Positions 53,460 through 64,000 of a stretch of 64,000 nt of DNA are shown here, piece after piece. This stretch comes from Octopus sinensis (lineage: Eukaryota), in the NCBI RefSeq assembly GCF_006345805.1, contig NC_043010.1:24428001-24492000 (forward strand), in the 5' to 3' direction. A model generated the notes under the pieces. It saw only the letters and a program-made list of their open reading frames with translations, had not been told where the DNA came from and did no database searches. A program made the translations under genes and the position numbers. The first letter of the stretch is position 1; each line of letters opens with the position of its first letter.

Positions 53460-54885
53460 GAATTGTTGTTTTGGTGGGCGTGTCTAAATACCAAAATTTG
53501 GAAAATTTATGAATTCGTGGAGGAATGTTTATGTGCTGCAACGCTGAACTGGAGCACCTGTATTTTTGTGGATTATCTGAGTGGTGGAATTGTGTTGCCG
53601 TGAATTGAACTGTTTTCCTTCGTTCTTTTTTCTTTGCTCCGTCTTTCTGTTCTGTTTTTTTGTGTGTTTTTATTGGACCTTTTATTTGGAACATTTTGGA
53701 TTTTGTGTTCAACATTTTTTCTTTTTTTTCTTTTTCAAGCATGGCAACAACAAAAAAACACTGTATTGGCAGTGGCCCCCAAGCAGTGGGAAGAAACTTT
53801 AATGAATGAACAGTGATGTTGAGGACATATTCTAAGTCCCTCGACACCATCACTGTGGACTTGAAAAGGAGTTGGCAACTATTACGTTTATTGTAAAGGA
53901 TGTCAAATATACAATGGTGTGGTTACTGTTTGATACCACTGGGGAGGCTCGAGATTTTGCGAGCCAAACCTTGGAAGGGGAGAAAATTCTGTTTCTCCCC
54001 ACATATGGAGAGAAGAAGGAACGAAGGCGGCAGAGGAGGCGGAGGACTCCTCAAAGAAGGGCCGCAAGAGGAAGAAGGTGAGCGATAATGGGTGCTCACC
54101 GAAGGATCCTAGGGATGAGGGAGGAGAGGCGAATCTCCCGGTTACGGAGGAGACGCACCCTCCTCCAGCTAAGAAGAAAAAATGAGGAAGAGGAAGGAAA
54201 ACAGGACATTGCCGGCAGTCGGTGACATAGTAACGGAATGTCCCGGAACGGCGTCGGTAGGGGTTGTGCCACCGGCAAAGGAAGAGACACTGTTGGCGGG
54301 AATTGTGCCGCCAACGGTAGAATTGACTACCACGACCCCGGAGGAAGACAAATTATTGGTCTTCTACAGAGATGGAAAGGTGGAAAAGTGGTGGAAAGAA
54401 ACTATAAGGGAGTACCTTTGACTTTCACACTGGAATCCTAATGGCCTCCGCAGATAGCTGTGGAGGCCATAACGTTGCTCGTGATGCGTAGGCTGCAGGG
54501 AATCAAAGAGGAATATCGCTTGTGGCCGGGCGACGCCGACTCGAAGCCCGCCTTGGTTTAAACGAGGCGTGGGCGAAGGCGGAGTCTACGGGCACAAGCG
54601 ACTTTGGGGAGGAAAATTGACACGGGGTTCAAAAGCCTATGTGTTATAATGTTTAAGTGTGTAAGAGGCTCAGCGCCTCAATTTGTAAATGGACTATTAA
54701 GTCCAATAATTGTAAAACGGAAGTAAGAGGTTCAATACATCGGTTTGTTTTTTGTGTAAAAAAATAATGTTTTAGGGGGCGTTTTTTGTCTTCTCCCATG
54801 AATATCATTTTATTTCATCAATGTTTCTGTCCAGCTCGCAAGCTACTCTGTATCATGCCTTTATAGCAAAATTTTTTGAAATAAA
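53460..54885 (+). mobile_element. ORF1-only unit (divergent copy 2, knuckle region missing)
   Basis: 5' gtgggcgtgtct; VKYTMVWLLFDTTGEARDFASQTLEGEKILFLPTYG homologous to copy 1; DKLLVFYRDGKVEK..WPPQIAVEAI; shared 3' end gtccagc.cgcaa..tgaaataaagtagc. Confidence 0.65.
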
Positions 54886-55260
54886 GTAGCTTGCTTACCA
54901 ACCACATAGTTACAGGTTCAGTCCCACTGCGTGGCATTTTCGGCAAGTGTCTTCTACTATTGCCACGGGCCGACCAAAGCCTTGTGAGTAGATTTGGTAG
55001 ACGGAAACTGAAAGAAGCCCGTCATATAAATATATATATGTGTATGTGTGTGTGTGTGTATATGTTTGTATGTCTGTGTTTGTCCTTTCAACATCGCTCG
55101 ACAACCGATTCTGGTGTGTTTACATCTTCGTAACTTAGCGGTTCGGCGAAAAAGACCGATAGAAATAAGTACTAGACTTACAAAGAATACGTCCTGGGGT
55201 CGATTTGCATGACTTTGGCCATGCTGGCCACAGTCAAATGACTGAAACAAATAAGAGGAA
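54886..55260 (+). mobile_element. SINE family B lacking its first ~25 nt, fused to the 3' end of ORF1 unit 2
   Basis: gtagcttgcttaccaaccacatag..ggttcagtcccactgcgtggc...gactgaaacaa. Confidence 0.85.
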
Positions 55261-55496
55261 AAAAATGCAAAGATAAAGTGCATTTTCTAGTCTATACGCG
55301 TTGGGTCATTTCTTTTTCTCAGAAAAGTTGTGTCTGAAGATACATTGCACAAAAATTTATTTACGTGACTTTCGTGTCAGCCCTTGTGATAGTGTGCTGG
55401 TGTATTTCAGGCAACAGGGTTTTCGGATTTCTATGCTATGCCTTGTAATAATGGTTCTCGGTGCCCTCTGCGACACACACGTTCTTTTTCTTTTCT

Positions 55497-55700
55497 TCTA
55501 TTCTTTTACATGTTTCAGTCACTTGACTGCAGCCATGCTGGAGCACCGCCTTTAATCGAAGAAATCAACCCCAGGACTTATTCTTTGTAAGCCTAGTACT
55601 TATTGCATCGACGTCTTTAGCCGAACCGCTAGGTTACGTGGAGGTAAACACATCAACATCGGTTGTCAAGTGATGGTGGGGGGACAAATACAGACACACG
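55497..55700 (-). mobile_element. SINE family B, 3' half
   Basis: gtttcagtcacttgactgcagccatgctggagcaccgcc...ggttgtcaagtgatggtggggggacaaa. Confidence 0.8.
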
Positions 55701-55723
55701 AACATATGCATATATATATGATA

Positions 55724-56909
55724 CTAGCTTAAGGTGACCCGCTCTACGCGCGGGCAAGAGTGTGGTTGTTACTTTCTGTTGCTTACTTTCAGCACGTAAA
55801 AAGCACCATCCGAACGTGGCCGATGGCAGCGCCGCCTTGACTGGCTTCTGTGCCGGTGGCACGTAAAAAGCACCAAACGATCGTGGCCGCTGCCAGCCCC
55901 GCTGGCATCTGTGCCGGCGGCACGAAAAAAGCACCCACTACACTCGCAGAGTGGTTGGCGTTAGGAAGGTCATCCACCTGTAGAAACACTGCCAGATCAG
56001 ACTGGAGCCTGGTGCAGCCTGCTGGCTTCCCAGACCCCGGTCAAACTGTCCAACCCGTGCTAGCACGGAAAACGGACGTTAAACGATGATGATGATGATG
56101 ATGATTCTCCCTCTTTGTTTCTCTCTCCTTTCTCTCTCACTTTCCCACTCTCTTACTTTCCTTTTGTCTCGGACTCTCCCTCGCTTTCTCTTACTCTCTA
56201 TCTTTATCTATCTCTCTCCCATTTATAAACAACAAAAGATCTTGAGTAAGTTGAGAAATAAAATATTTAGAAAGATCAATCATAAATATCAGGCAGTGAC
56301 AACGGAAATGTCTGCTTCAAGGCAGACAGCAAAACACTAACATTTAAAAGGGACAGACGAACTTGCGAGCTGAATAAAAATAATAAAATATTGGAAACCA
56401 AAGTTTGAAGGGATAGTATCTGAGGATAGTAGAGTCACCATGGCTGGCATTTCTTAACGACAGACAGCAACGTATTGACAGTTTAACGGCTGGCGTAAAA
56501 TTTTGAACTTGATGTAAAAGAAAATTCCTAAACACCAAGTTTTGAAGTGATTCTTTCTCACGACAGTAGACTCACCATGGCAAGCATTCAGAACTTCTTC
56601 ATCATGGACGGCAACACATTGTCGATTAAAAGGCTGGCGCAAATTTTTTAGCTTGATGTAACAGAAAATTCCTAAACACCCGCTCCTGTAAATTTTAATC
56701 TCCTTCCAGCCCCATTTAGACCCCTTTTTACATTTTGGTTAATATAACCCGATTTCATTCGGGTCTACTGGGGCCACATTTTATAAGATGAGGAATTTTG
56801 TCGAAGAGGTCACGCCTTTAATTTGATGAAAAAATAGTTGTCATGCAAACTCGCCAGCACTTTTAACATAGGTCTGCATATTTTCAGCTCAACCGACCAC
56901 ATAATGCAC

Positions 56910-56915
<6 letters not shown>
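55724..56915 (-). mobile_element. Helitron-like element with internal ~125 bp tandem subrepeats
   Basis: Minus 3' end cccgcgcgtagagcggg tcaccttaag CTAG; subrepeats at ~56400-56530 and ~56540-56680; left boundary firm, right boundary approximate. Confidence 0.5.
55790..56105 (+). mobile_element. SINE 3' part with RTE-like tail ending (GAT)n
   Basis: Tandem acgtaaaaagcacc units, gagtggttggcgttaggaagg.catcca.ctgtagaaac, ...gctagcacggaaaacggacgttaaac(gat)n. Confidence 0.7.
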
Positions 56916-56969
<54 letters not shown>

Positions 56970-56990
56970 TATATATATATATATATATAG

Positions 56991-57515
56991 TTATCGCCAT
57001 ACTAATATGGCATTCTTATAAAAATAAGAATAAAGCTGTCCGCTATTAGCTCCATGAGGCCATCGCCTTAAGTTAGCTATTTGATACACAAACTGTATCC
57101 ATATAACCTTCGAACAAGGGAGGTCAGTCGCTCCACACTACTTGACCGACAGCTACAGACGCGTTTCGGGGTATTGCCCCTTTTCAATGCAGCGTAGTCA
57201 GACCAGTAGGTGTCGCTTCTGACAATCTCTGTTCGAAGGTTTTATTTACCTAGTTTCAGTGGAATACATCCACTTGTTTTCAATAATAGAAATATTAAAA
57301 TTACTAAGTCTCTCTAAAAGAGATCACGGCAGCGTTCCTGGAAAATAATAGTTATCGCCATACTAATATGGCATTCTTATAAAAATAAGAATAAGCGGAC
57401 AGCTTTATTCTTATTTTTATAAGAATACCATATTAGTATGGCGATAACTATTATTTTCCAGGAACGCTGCCGTGATCTCTTTTAGAGAGACTTAGTAATT
57501 TTAATATTTCTATTA
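56991..57515 (-). mobile_element. ORF-less HHR unit (period 360 bp) with terminal redundancy and fold-back arm
   Basis: 56991-57034 repeats at 57351-57394; 57282-57394 is inverted at ~57405-57515; (TA)n on both flanks. Confidence 0.75.
57152..57193 (-). ncRNA. Minimal type-I hammerhead with U3-A8 covariation
   Basis: gctgca TTGAAAA gggg caata cccc GAAA cgcg TC tgtagc. 6-bp stem I (one GU), 4-bp GC stem II, palindromic stem III, GUC triplet. Confidence 0.8.
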
Positions 57516-57523
57516 TATATATA

Positions 57524-57589
<66 letters not shown>

Positions 57590-57720
57590 ATATATAGAAA
57601 ATAGTAAAGAGTGAAAAAACTACAGAAAGCTTAAATGTTAAAAATATATATATATTTGCGTCAATATGTCTGAAGAATATTAGAAAAGTTTTTTAAAAAA
57701 ATTTTTTCCCTTATAATGAA

Positions 57721-58872
57721 TCTTTATCAATCTTTGGAAACCCCCTCTCTCAATACATAAAAGAGAATTGGAAACGATTCTTAGACGATTGTTTTATTCT
57801 CTGGAATGAAAACACAGATAAACTCATAAAATTGAACAGCATAAACCTAAATATACAGTTCACAATGGAATACAACCAAAAGGAGCTCCCGTTCTTGGAT
57901 ATACTAATTAAAAAAATTAACCTTAAAATAGAAACAGACATCTTTTACAAAGCTACAGACGCCAAACAATACCTTCTTTTTAATTCATGCCACCCAAGAC
58001 ACACTAAAACAAACATCCCCTTCAACTTTGCAAGAAGGATATGCACAATAGTGTCAGAACAAAATACCAGGAACTTTAGACTGCAAGAACTCAAAAACAC
58101 CCTAATTGACAGACATTACCCAGCTCAACTCATAGAGGATGGGATCAGACGTGCAACATAAATCAACATAGAAACTTTAAGAAAAGTTCAACACAACAAC
58201 ACACCTTCCCCGAAAATACTGCGTTACATATCTACATACAACCCCAGAAACAAAGAAGCCTTCACCATCATCACCCAGAATTTACCAATACTTCATAAAG
58301 ACCCCAAATTAAAGGAAATTCTAAACATACACCAAATCATTAAAAGCTACAAACAGCCTAAATCACTTAAAAAGATTCTCACAAAGGCAAAATTGTCTTC
58401 TGAAATTACGGATACAAAAGTTTTAAAATGTGATAGATCGAACTGTGCAACATGTCCTAACCTGCTAGAAGGATCAGAATTCCTCTTTAAAGAGGGACAG
58501 AAATTCAAGATCAAATCTAACTTTACTTGTGCCTCTGAAAACATAATTTATGTCATAAAATGCTCGGGCTGCCACCAAGACTACGTGGGTTCCACGGGAC
58601 TATCACTCAGACGTAGATGCACACTGCATCGACAACAGTTTGCATTCCCAGAATATAGAATGATACCTTTTAGTGAGCACATTGAGAAATGCGCAAAGCA
58701 ACTACTACCACAATTTTTGATCTTTCCATTTTACCAATGTGCTTTCGGATCATCAACACAAATTAGACTAAACAATGAAACAGTCTTCATTGAAAAGTAC
58801 AAGCCCAGACTCAACCATCCGAACATACTGATACAGAGAAATTCACACCAAGGGAAAGGAAAAAAATTTTAA
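57721..58872 (+). pseudogene. PLE RT C-terminus/thumb + Cys linker + GIY-YIG; one in-frame stop at 58159
   Basis: WKRFLDDCFILW..IQFTME..LPFLDI..FYKAT..SCHP; KCDRSNCATC..FTCASENIIYVIKCSGCHQDYVGSTG..RR..H..NETVFI..LN. A single frame with one TAA. Confidence 0.92.
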
Positions 58873-58981
58873 GCGATTGTCTCCCTTACATCGGAAGAAA
58901 TCACTCACTACCTTCCCTTATTTAGAACTCTTCTGAACATAAACATAACGAAAACTCTATTCAACATAAACATAACGTCGC

Positions 58982-59020
58982 AAGAAATTTGAAAAGCTAC
59001 ACGCGAAACCGGTCTTTCTT
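58982..59020 (+). ncRNA. Hammerhead-like motif with U3-A8 core in the PLE pLTR
   Basis: aagaaa t TTGAAAA gc tacac gc GAAA ccgg TC tttctt. Stem II is weak and there is one extra T; sense orientation, 110 nt after the ORF stop. Confidence 0.55.
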
Positions 59021-59190
59021 TTAAATTATGTCATTATAAGAGACAAAAACTTTTTTTTTAATTTTCTAATATTCTTCAGACATATTGACGCAAATATATA
59101 TATTTTTTAACATTTAAGCCTTCTGTAGTTTTTTCACTCTTTACTATTTTCTATATATTCACCCACGTGCTTTCACAAACCAACTTTCTC

Positions 59191-59252
<62 letters not shown>

Positions 59253-60086
59253 ACGCATTATATATACAAATGTATACAAATTATATATAAATTATATTAG
59301 AGATAAAACCACTAATAGGCAAATCAAACCGTGAAAAACATAAACCAAAACATAAAAATAAAAATAGAATATACAAAATATATAAAATATAAAATTGAAA
59401 AATTTTAATTATTTAAATTTAAAATTTAAATTATTAATTCATATTTATAATTTTTTTAAAAATATATATAACTATCAAAAAGTATTAAAAAGTTTAATAT
59501 ACATAAATACAGATATATACACTTTGTATATATACATTATATTTACATATTTATATATAGAACATACACACACACACATAAATTAACACAATAAATATAT
59601 GATTCATAATATTTGTTCTCATGATTGTGTGGTGGTGGTGGCGATGATAATTCTTTCTATGAATGCAGACAGACGTAGAGAGAGAGAGAGTGTGTGAAAG
59701 CGCTGTTGAAGGCGGGGAGGGGGAGATATAGAACGCTGTGAAACGACGTTTTAAAGAGAAAGTGAAGGGGAAGTAGACGCTGTGAAACAACGTTATAGAT
59801 AGAAAGTTATGGGATGGGAGGAAAGGGAGTGAGTGATTGAAGAAGACAGATACATAAAAGAACGGGAGTTGACTTGTCAAAGTACGTTTTTGGTCCTAGC
59901 AACGACACCTTTTAAGATAGGGATTTCTTACCTAGCCCACTCGCATCCTCACCTCATTTTACATGTCCCTGTAAATTTTGGAGTCAATCCGACGGGATCT
60001 AGTGGCCTTTAACCCGTTCTCAATGCCAAAACAAGAAAAACAAACAAACAAACTTTTCGCATTTCAGAATTATAATATAGAGATAT

Positions 60087-60121
60087 ATATACGACGGGCT
60101 TCTTTCAGTTTCCGTCTACCA
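60087..60121 (-). mobile_element. SINE family B core fragment at the PLE breakpoint
   Basis: atacgacgggcttctttcagtttccgtctacca. Confidence 0.7.
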
Positions 60122-60843
60122 AATAGTGGAGGTGAAGTGGAGGGCAGAATGGAAGAATTGAACGAAAGAGAGGAAGGAATCTAGATGTTCACGGGAGAGT
60201 GAGGTGGCACTGATAATGTCGTCAATGTAACGACCATATAGCTCGGGAGTGGGACCAGTGAAACGAGAGAATATTTGGGCCTCAACATAGCCACCAGGTT
60301 CGCATAGTTGGGGCCCATTCGCGTTCCCATGGCCACTCCCGAGAACTGTTGGTAGAACTCGCCCGTGAACGAGAAGCAGTTAAGAGAAAGGACAAGTTCG
60401 GCCAGACGAATGAGTGTGGAGGTGTCGGGTTCGGGGTTGGGGCGGAGGTCGAGAAAGTGTTGACGTGCCCGCAGTCCTTCGTGGTGAGGGATGACGGTAT
60501 AGAGGCTCTGGATGTCCATTGTAAAAAGGATTTTGGAGGAGCCGGGAGGAAAGGAGACAGAGTTGAAAAGCCGGAGGGCATGGTTGGTATCGTGGATGTG
60601 GGAGGGAAGAGACGCCACTAGGATGCAAGGACACGATCGAGGTATTTTGAGATGAGCTCCGTGGGGCAGTTACAGGCGGAGACGATGGGGCGGCCAGGGT
60701 TGTTGGGTTTGGGGATTTTGGGGAGGAAGTAAATGGTGGGGGTGCGTGGGGTTTGGACAATGAGGTTGGATGCGGTGTAGGAGAGACGGGAGGACGAGAT
60801 GAGGTCGTGGACAGTAGAGGATACTGTCTGTTGGTAGTGTAGC

Positions 60844-61615
60844 AATAACCATTTTAGCCATTTTGAAATGTGGCGCGAATTGGCAATATGACATAATGAC
60901 GTATTGCCGAAGAATTATCATTTTCGTTTTTTTCCATTGGTTAATATAACTGCTCATATAAAGATTCTAGAAGTTTCGTAAAGAATATCTGTCATGGATT
61001 TCGATTCTTTTTAGTCAAATTGAGCAGTTATAAAAACCCTGGATTTTGGAAAATATTTTAGTGTTCGTTGGTGTCACGGAACTCCACGTCACTCACTCTT
61101 TTGGAGACATCGGTAATTTTTATGCCATGTCTAAGTTAATCACAAATCTGTTTTGATTTGTTAGTTAATGTATTAGATAGAAATAAGAAATTAGCTAAGG
61201 AATTTATAGTCGTTCTTCTTCACGACTAAGTTATCTTTCTTCTTGTAAATAATATGAAATGTTATATTTATATAATAAAAATAATTAAAAGGAAATGTTT
61301 TTCTTCACGTTTGTTTTTCAACTGAGCATAGATAAATATGCATTTCTGTAATCTTTGATTTATGTTTCTTATAGCGGTTTAAAGGACACGATTAAAATAT
61401 TCAACATGCATTGTCGTTGATGTAGCGTTCCATGCGTATATGTCTCTATGACGTTATAACTGTAGTTAGGGTTTTTAGGTATAACGATAACACTTGAGTA
61501 TAAGTGACGTTGAATCATTATATTCTCCCTTACTCAGAGAAAAGACAAAATAAATAATATAACCTAATAATATAACTTAAGGTAGAATAACCGAAAACCG
61601 CCGTAGTAGCAAAGC
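60844..61615. mobile_element. Unclassified 772-bp AT-rich insertion inside the PLE ORF
   Basis: Removing it (AGC duplicated at 60841-43 and 61613-15) restores in-frame S-D-P-T-L-H-Y-Q-Q. Confidence 0.75.
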
Positions 61616-63475
61616 GTGGGGTCAGAGGACAGAGGGGAGTAGAAGGAGGTGTCGTTGAGTTGGCGGAGCGCCTCGGCCCTGTAGAGGTCTGCGCGCCACA
61701 CCACCACAGCTCCACCCTTGTCAGCCGGTTTGATGACAATATCAGTGCGCCGTTGGAGGGAACGAAGAGCCCAGAGCTCAGCCGGGGAGATGTTGAGGCG
61801 GTGGAGGCGCCTGGAGCAGTTGAACCGCTCCAACGCACGCTGGCAGGCACCCGCGAAAAGATCCACTGCTAGGAATTGGCGGGGACAGGCGTCCACAGGG
61901 ATGGTCGGCGGCTCAGGTCAGTAAAGCAGTCTTCATCGTTGGATGCGGGTGGTATGTCGCGGAAAAACGCACCCAACCGGACGCGGCGCATAAAGCTGTG
62001 GACATCAGCACGCGTCTGGAATTCCGTACAGGATGGAGTGAGGGGGATGAAACGCAGACCCCTACTGAGGACGGAGCGTTCCGCCGCAGAGAGGGGAAGA
62101 TCAAGAGGAATGGTAACAACAGACGGAAGTGGAGTGGAGAAGGGGTGGATGGAATAGAAGTAGGAGGGGTGCATGGAATAGGAGTAGGAGGGGTGGTAGG
62201 GCTGGTGGAGGTCTGAGGGGGAGGGATTGGGGAGGTGTGTTGGAGTTGTTAGGAGGGACAGTGGGGTTAGGTGTGGGTGGGTGGAGCCTATCAGGAGGGG
62301 AGAAGGGTAGTGGAGGAGTTGGGGTAGTGGCGTTGGGTGTGATAGAATAGAGGAGTGATTGGAGTTTACGAAGTTTGGTATTGGAAAGAAATTGATGGAA
62401 GAGGTGATTTAAATGGATAATGAAGCGCAACGTGTTTTGAGCATGGAAAGGCGGCAGAGAGGAGAAAAATATGGAAAAAGCAGGAGGGAGAAGGCAGTCG
62501 ATGGTATGTAGTTTAGAGAGATTGGAGTGAATGGTGGCACACATAAGGCGGTAAGATGTGGTGCGGAGTATGGGTAAGATGGAAGAAGCAGAGTGGAGAG
62601 CAGGGTGGAAATGGAGGCAGAAACCTTTAGGGATGAGGCGGTGATGTAGGCAGCGGCTTAGAAAAGAGACGTGGCTAGAGAAGCGGGTTTTTTTAAAAAG
62701 GAGCAGAGAGAGGTTAATGGACGGCTGAAAGCAGTTTGAAGGGAGTAGGCGGAGGTAATATTTCAAACGATAGTGGATAGTAAGGAGGTGGGATTTATAA
62801 TCCGGCATGGTGGAATAGCGAAAAAAAGAGAGAAAAAAAGGTGAAAAACAAACGTTCAAAAAAAAACAAAAAGCAATCGTTCGAAAAAATTAGATAAAAA
62901 AAGCGGTAGGAGCAGAAAATAAAGGCGAAGAAGATGGGACAAATAGAAAAAGGAAAGAAAAGAAAGGAAGCAGAGAGAGAGAGGGAGGTAAAAAACGGGG
63001 CAAGCAGAGAAAACAGAGTATGGACATCTAGAGAAGGAAGAAACGACAGAAAGAAGGGCAAAAATACAGGAAATTGTGGAAAGTATGAAATGAATGTAAA
63101 AACATAAATAAAGATAATATATGAGAAAATAAAACGAAAGGGACAGTTTATACGAACAAGTTCAAGGTTGAAAGTTCAAGGTTAAAAATGTATAGACGTC
63201 GTGGTATATTTTAAGGATTTCACATCAATAACAAAGTCACTTTGATCCGTGAAGGAGAGATGCAGCCAGAAGGTAGGTGTCCTTAGAGGTGAAAAAATCC
63301 AATGGAGAGGTAAGAGTTGGTAGTGGTAGTGGTAGAATATAGGATAAAAGTGAAACCACGTGAGCGCGTGATATATAACGGGAAGGTTTACGAAAATAAA
63401 CAAAAGACGAAGGCAGGTGGAGTACAAATAAACAATTGTATTAGTATGGCGCTCAGGAATAGAAATAAAACAAGT

Positions 63476-63511
63476 CTTTTACGTTTCGAGCCTACGTTCT
63501 TCAACAGAAAG
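63476..63511 (-). ncRNA. Degenerate hammerhead in the upstream pLTR of the PLE
   Basis: cttt CTGTTGA a gaac gtag gctc GAAA cg TA aaag. A6U and a stem II mismatch; GUA triplet; sense to the PLE ORF. Confidence 0.6.
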
Positions 63512-64000
63512 ATAAACAGAAAAGAAACAAGAGAAACGAGGAGAGAAAAATATGCGTGTAGGAGCTAACGATCCAACATGGCGTTCTGATTTCAGGCAGA
63601 AGTCAGAGATCAGAAGTAAGACGTCAGAGGTCAGACGTTAGACGCTAGAGGGATAGTAGGGGAGATAAGAGGGTCAAGTGACCGCCCCAACATGAAGGTG
63701 CGTGTGTGTATAAGAGAGTATGTATGTGGTGTGAAAGAGGGCTGGTGGTCTGGACGTGTGTATGTATGTATGATGTGATGGGTAATGTCGTATGGTGTAG
63801 TGCAGTGTGGTGTGATGTTGTGGGGAGGTGGGGACGTGGGGTGTTGTGGGGAGGTGGGGGAGGTGGGGGCGAGAGTGGGGGAAGCCCATGTGGAGTGTGG
63901 GTTCAGCTGGGGGTTAGGGTAGAGTTGGGGTTGTGGGGAGAGTGAGAGGGGGAGAGAAGAGAGAGGGGAGAGAAGAGAGAGGAGTGGAGGAGGGGGAAGG

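Larger units (their letters stand above)
57592..59157 (+). mobile_element. 5'-truncated Penelope-like element (Neptune-type, Cys linker) with inverted pLTR arm
   Basis: 57592-57720 is the reverse complement of 59031-59157; RT C-terminus, thumb and GIY-YIG lie between. Confidence 0.92.
60122..63600 (-). mobile_element. Penelope-like element, 5' pLTR + N-terminal and RT region, 3'-truncated and interrupted
   Basis: SRCLHHRLIPKGF; LSAAERSVLSRGLRFIP..FMRRVRL..FF; IVIKPADKGGAVVVW; YFLPKI.KPNNPGRPIVSACNCPTE; LFTMDIQSLYTVIP; FYQQ.SGVAMGTRMGPNYANL. ATG at 62808. Confidence 0.93.

Noticed and set aside
51670-54620. LTR retrotransposon or retroviral gag interpretation
   Set aside because: No LTR pair, PBS, PPT, protease or pol is visible; the 3' AATAAA ends fit a LINE-type ORF1 better, though this is not proven.
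55790-55930. Spaced acgtaaaaagcacc repeats resembling a CRISPR array
   Set aside because: Only three units, similar spacers, eukaryotic context, and part of a SINE body.

Overview
This is AT-rich, microsatellite-saturated animal genomic DNA. The SINE families and repeat density suggest a coleoid cephalopod such as Octopus (inference). There is one 100-N assembly gap (32356-32455), and no host protein-coding exon could be confidently identified; most ORFs in the track are microsatellite read-throughs. The window is a transposon graveyard: many tRNA-derived SINEs, three decayed R4/Dong-type RLE LINEs, one full-length but inactivated mariner, several non-autonomous Helitron-like elements, and three Penelope-like elements (PLEs). 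Two themes stand out. (1) There are about a dozen minimal type-I hammerhead ribozyme (HHR) motifs, in PLE pseudo-LTRs and in ORF-less, terminally redundant, inverted-arm units in (TA)n. They include canonical cores (1001-1066, 447-511, 20103-20137, 44292-44373), U3-A8 covariant cores (57152-57193, 58982-59020) and recurrent U4C cores. One sits downstream of an open stand-alone GIY-YIG ORF. (2) A family of zinc-knuckle ORF1-only retroelement-like units lacking any ORF2 occurs at 51380-54885, and a distant relative of that ORF has been captured by a Helitron present in two copies.
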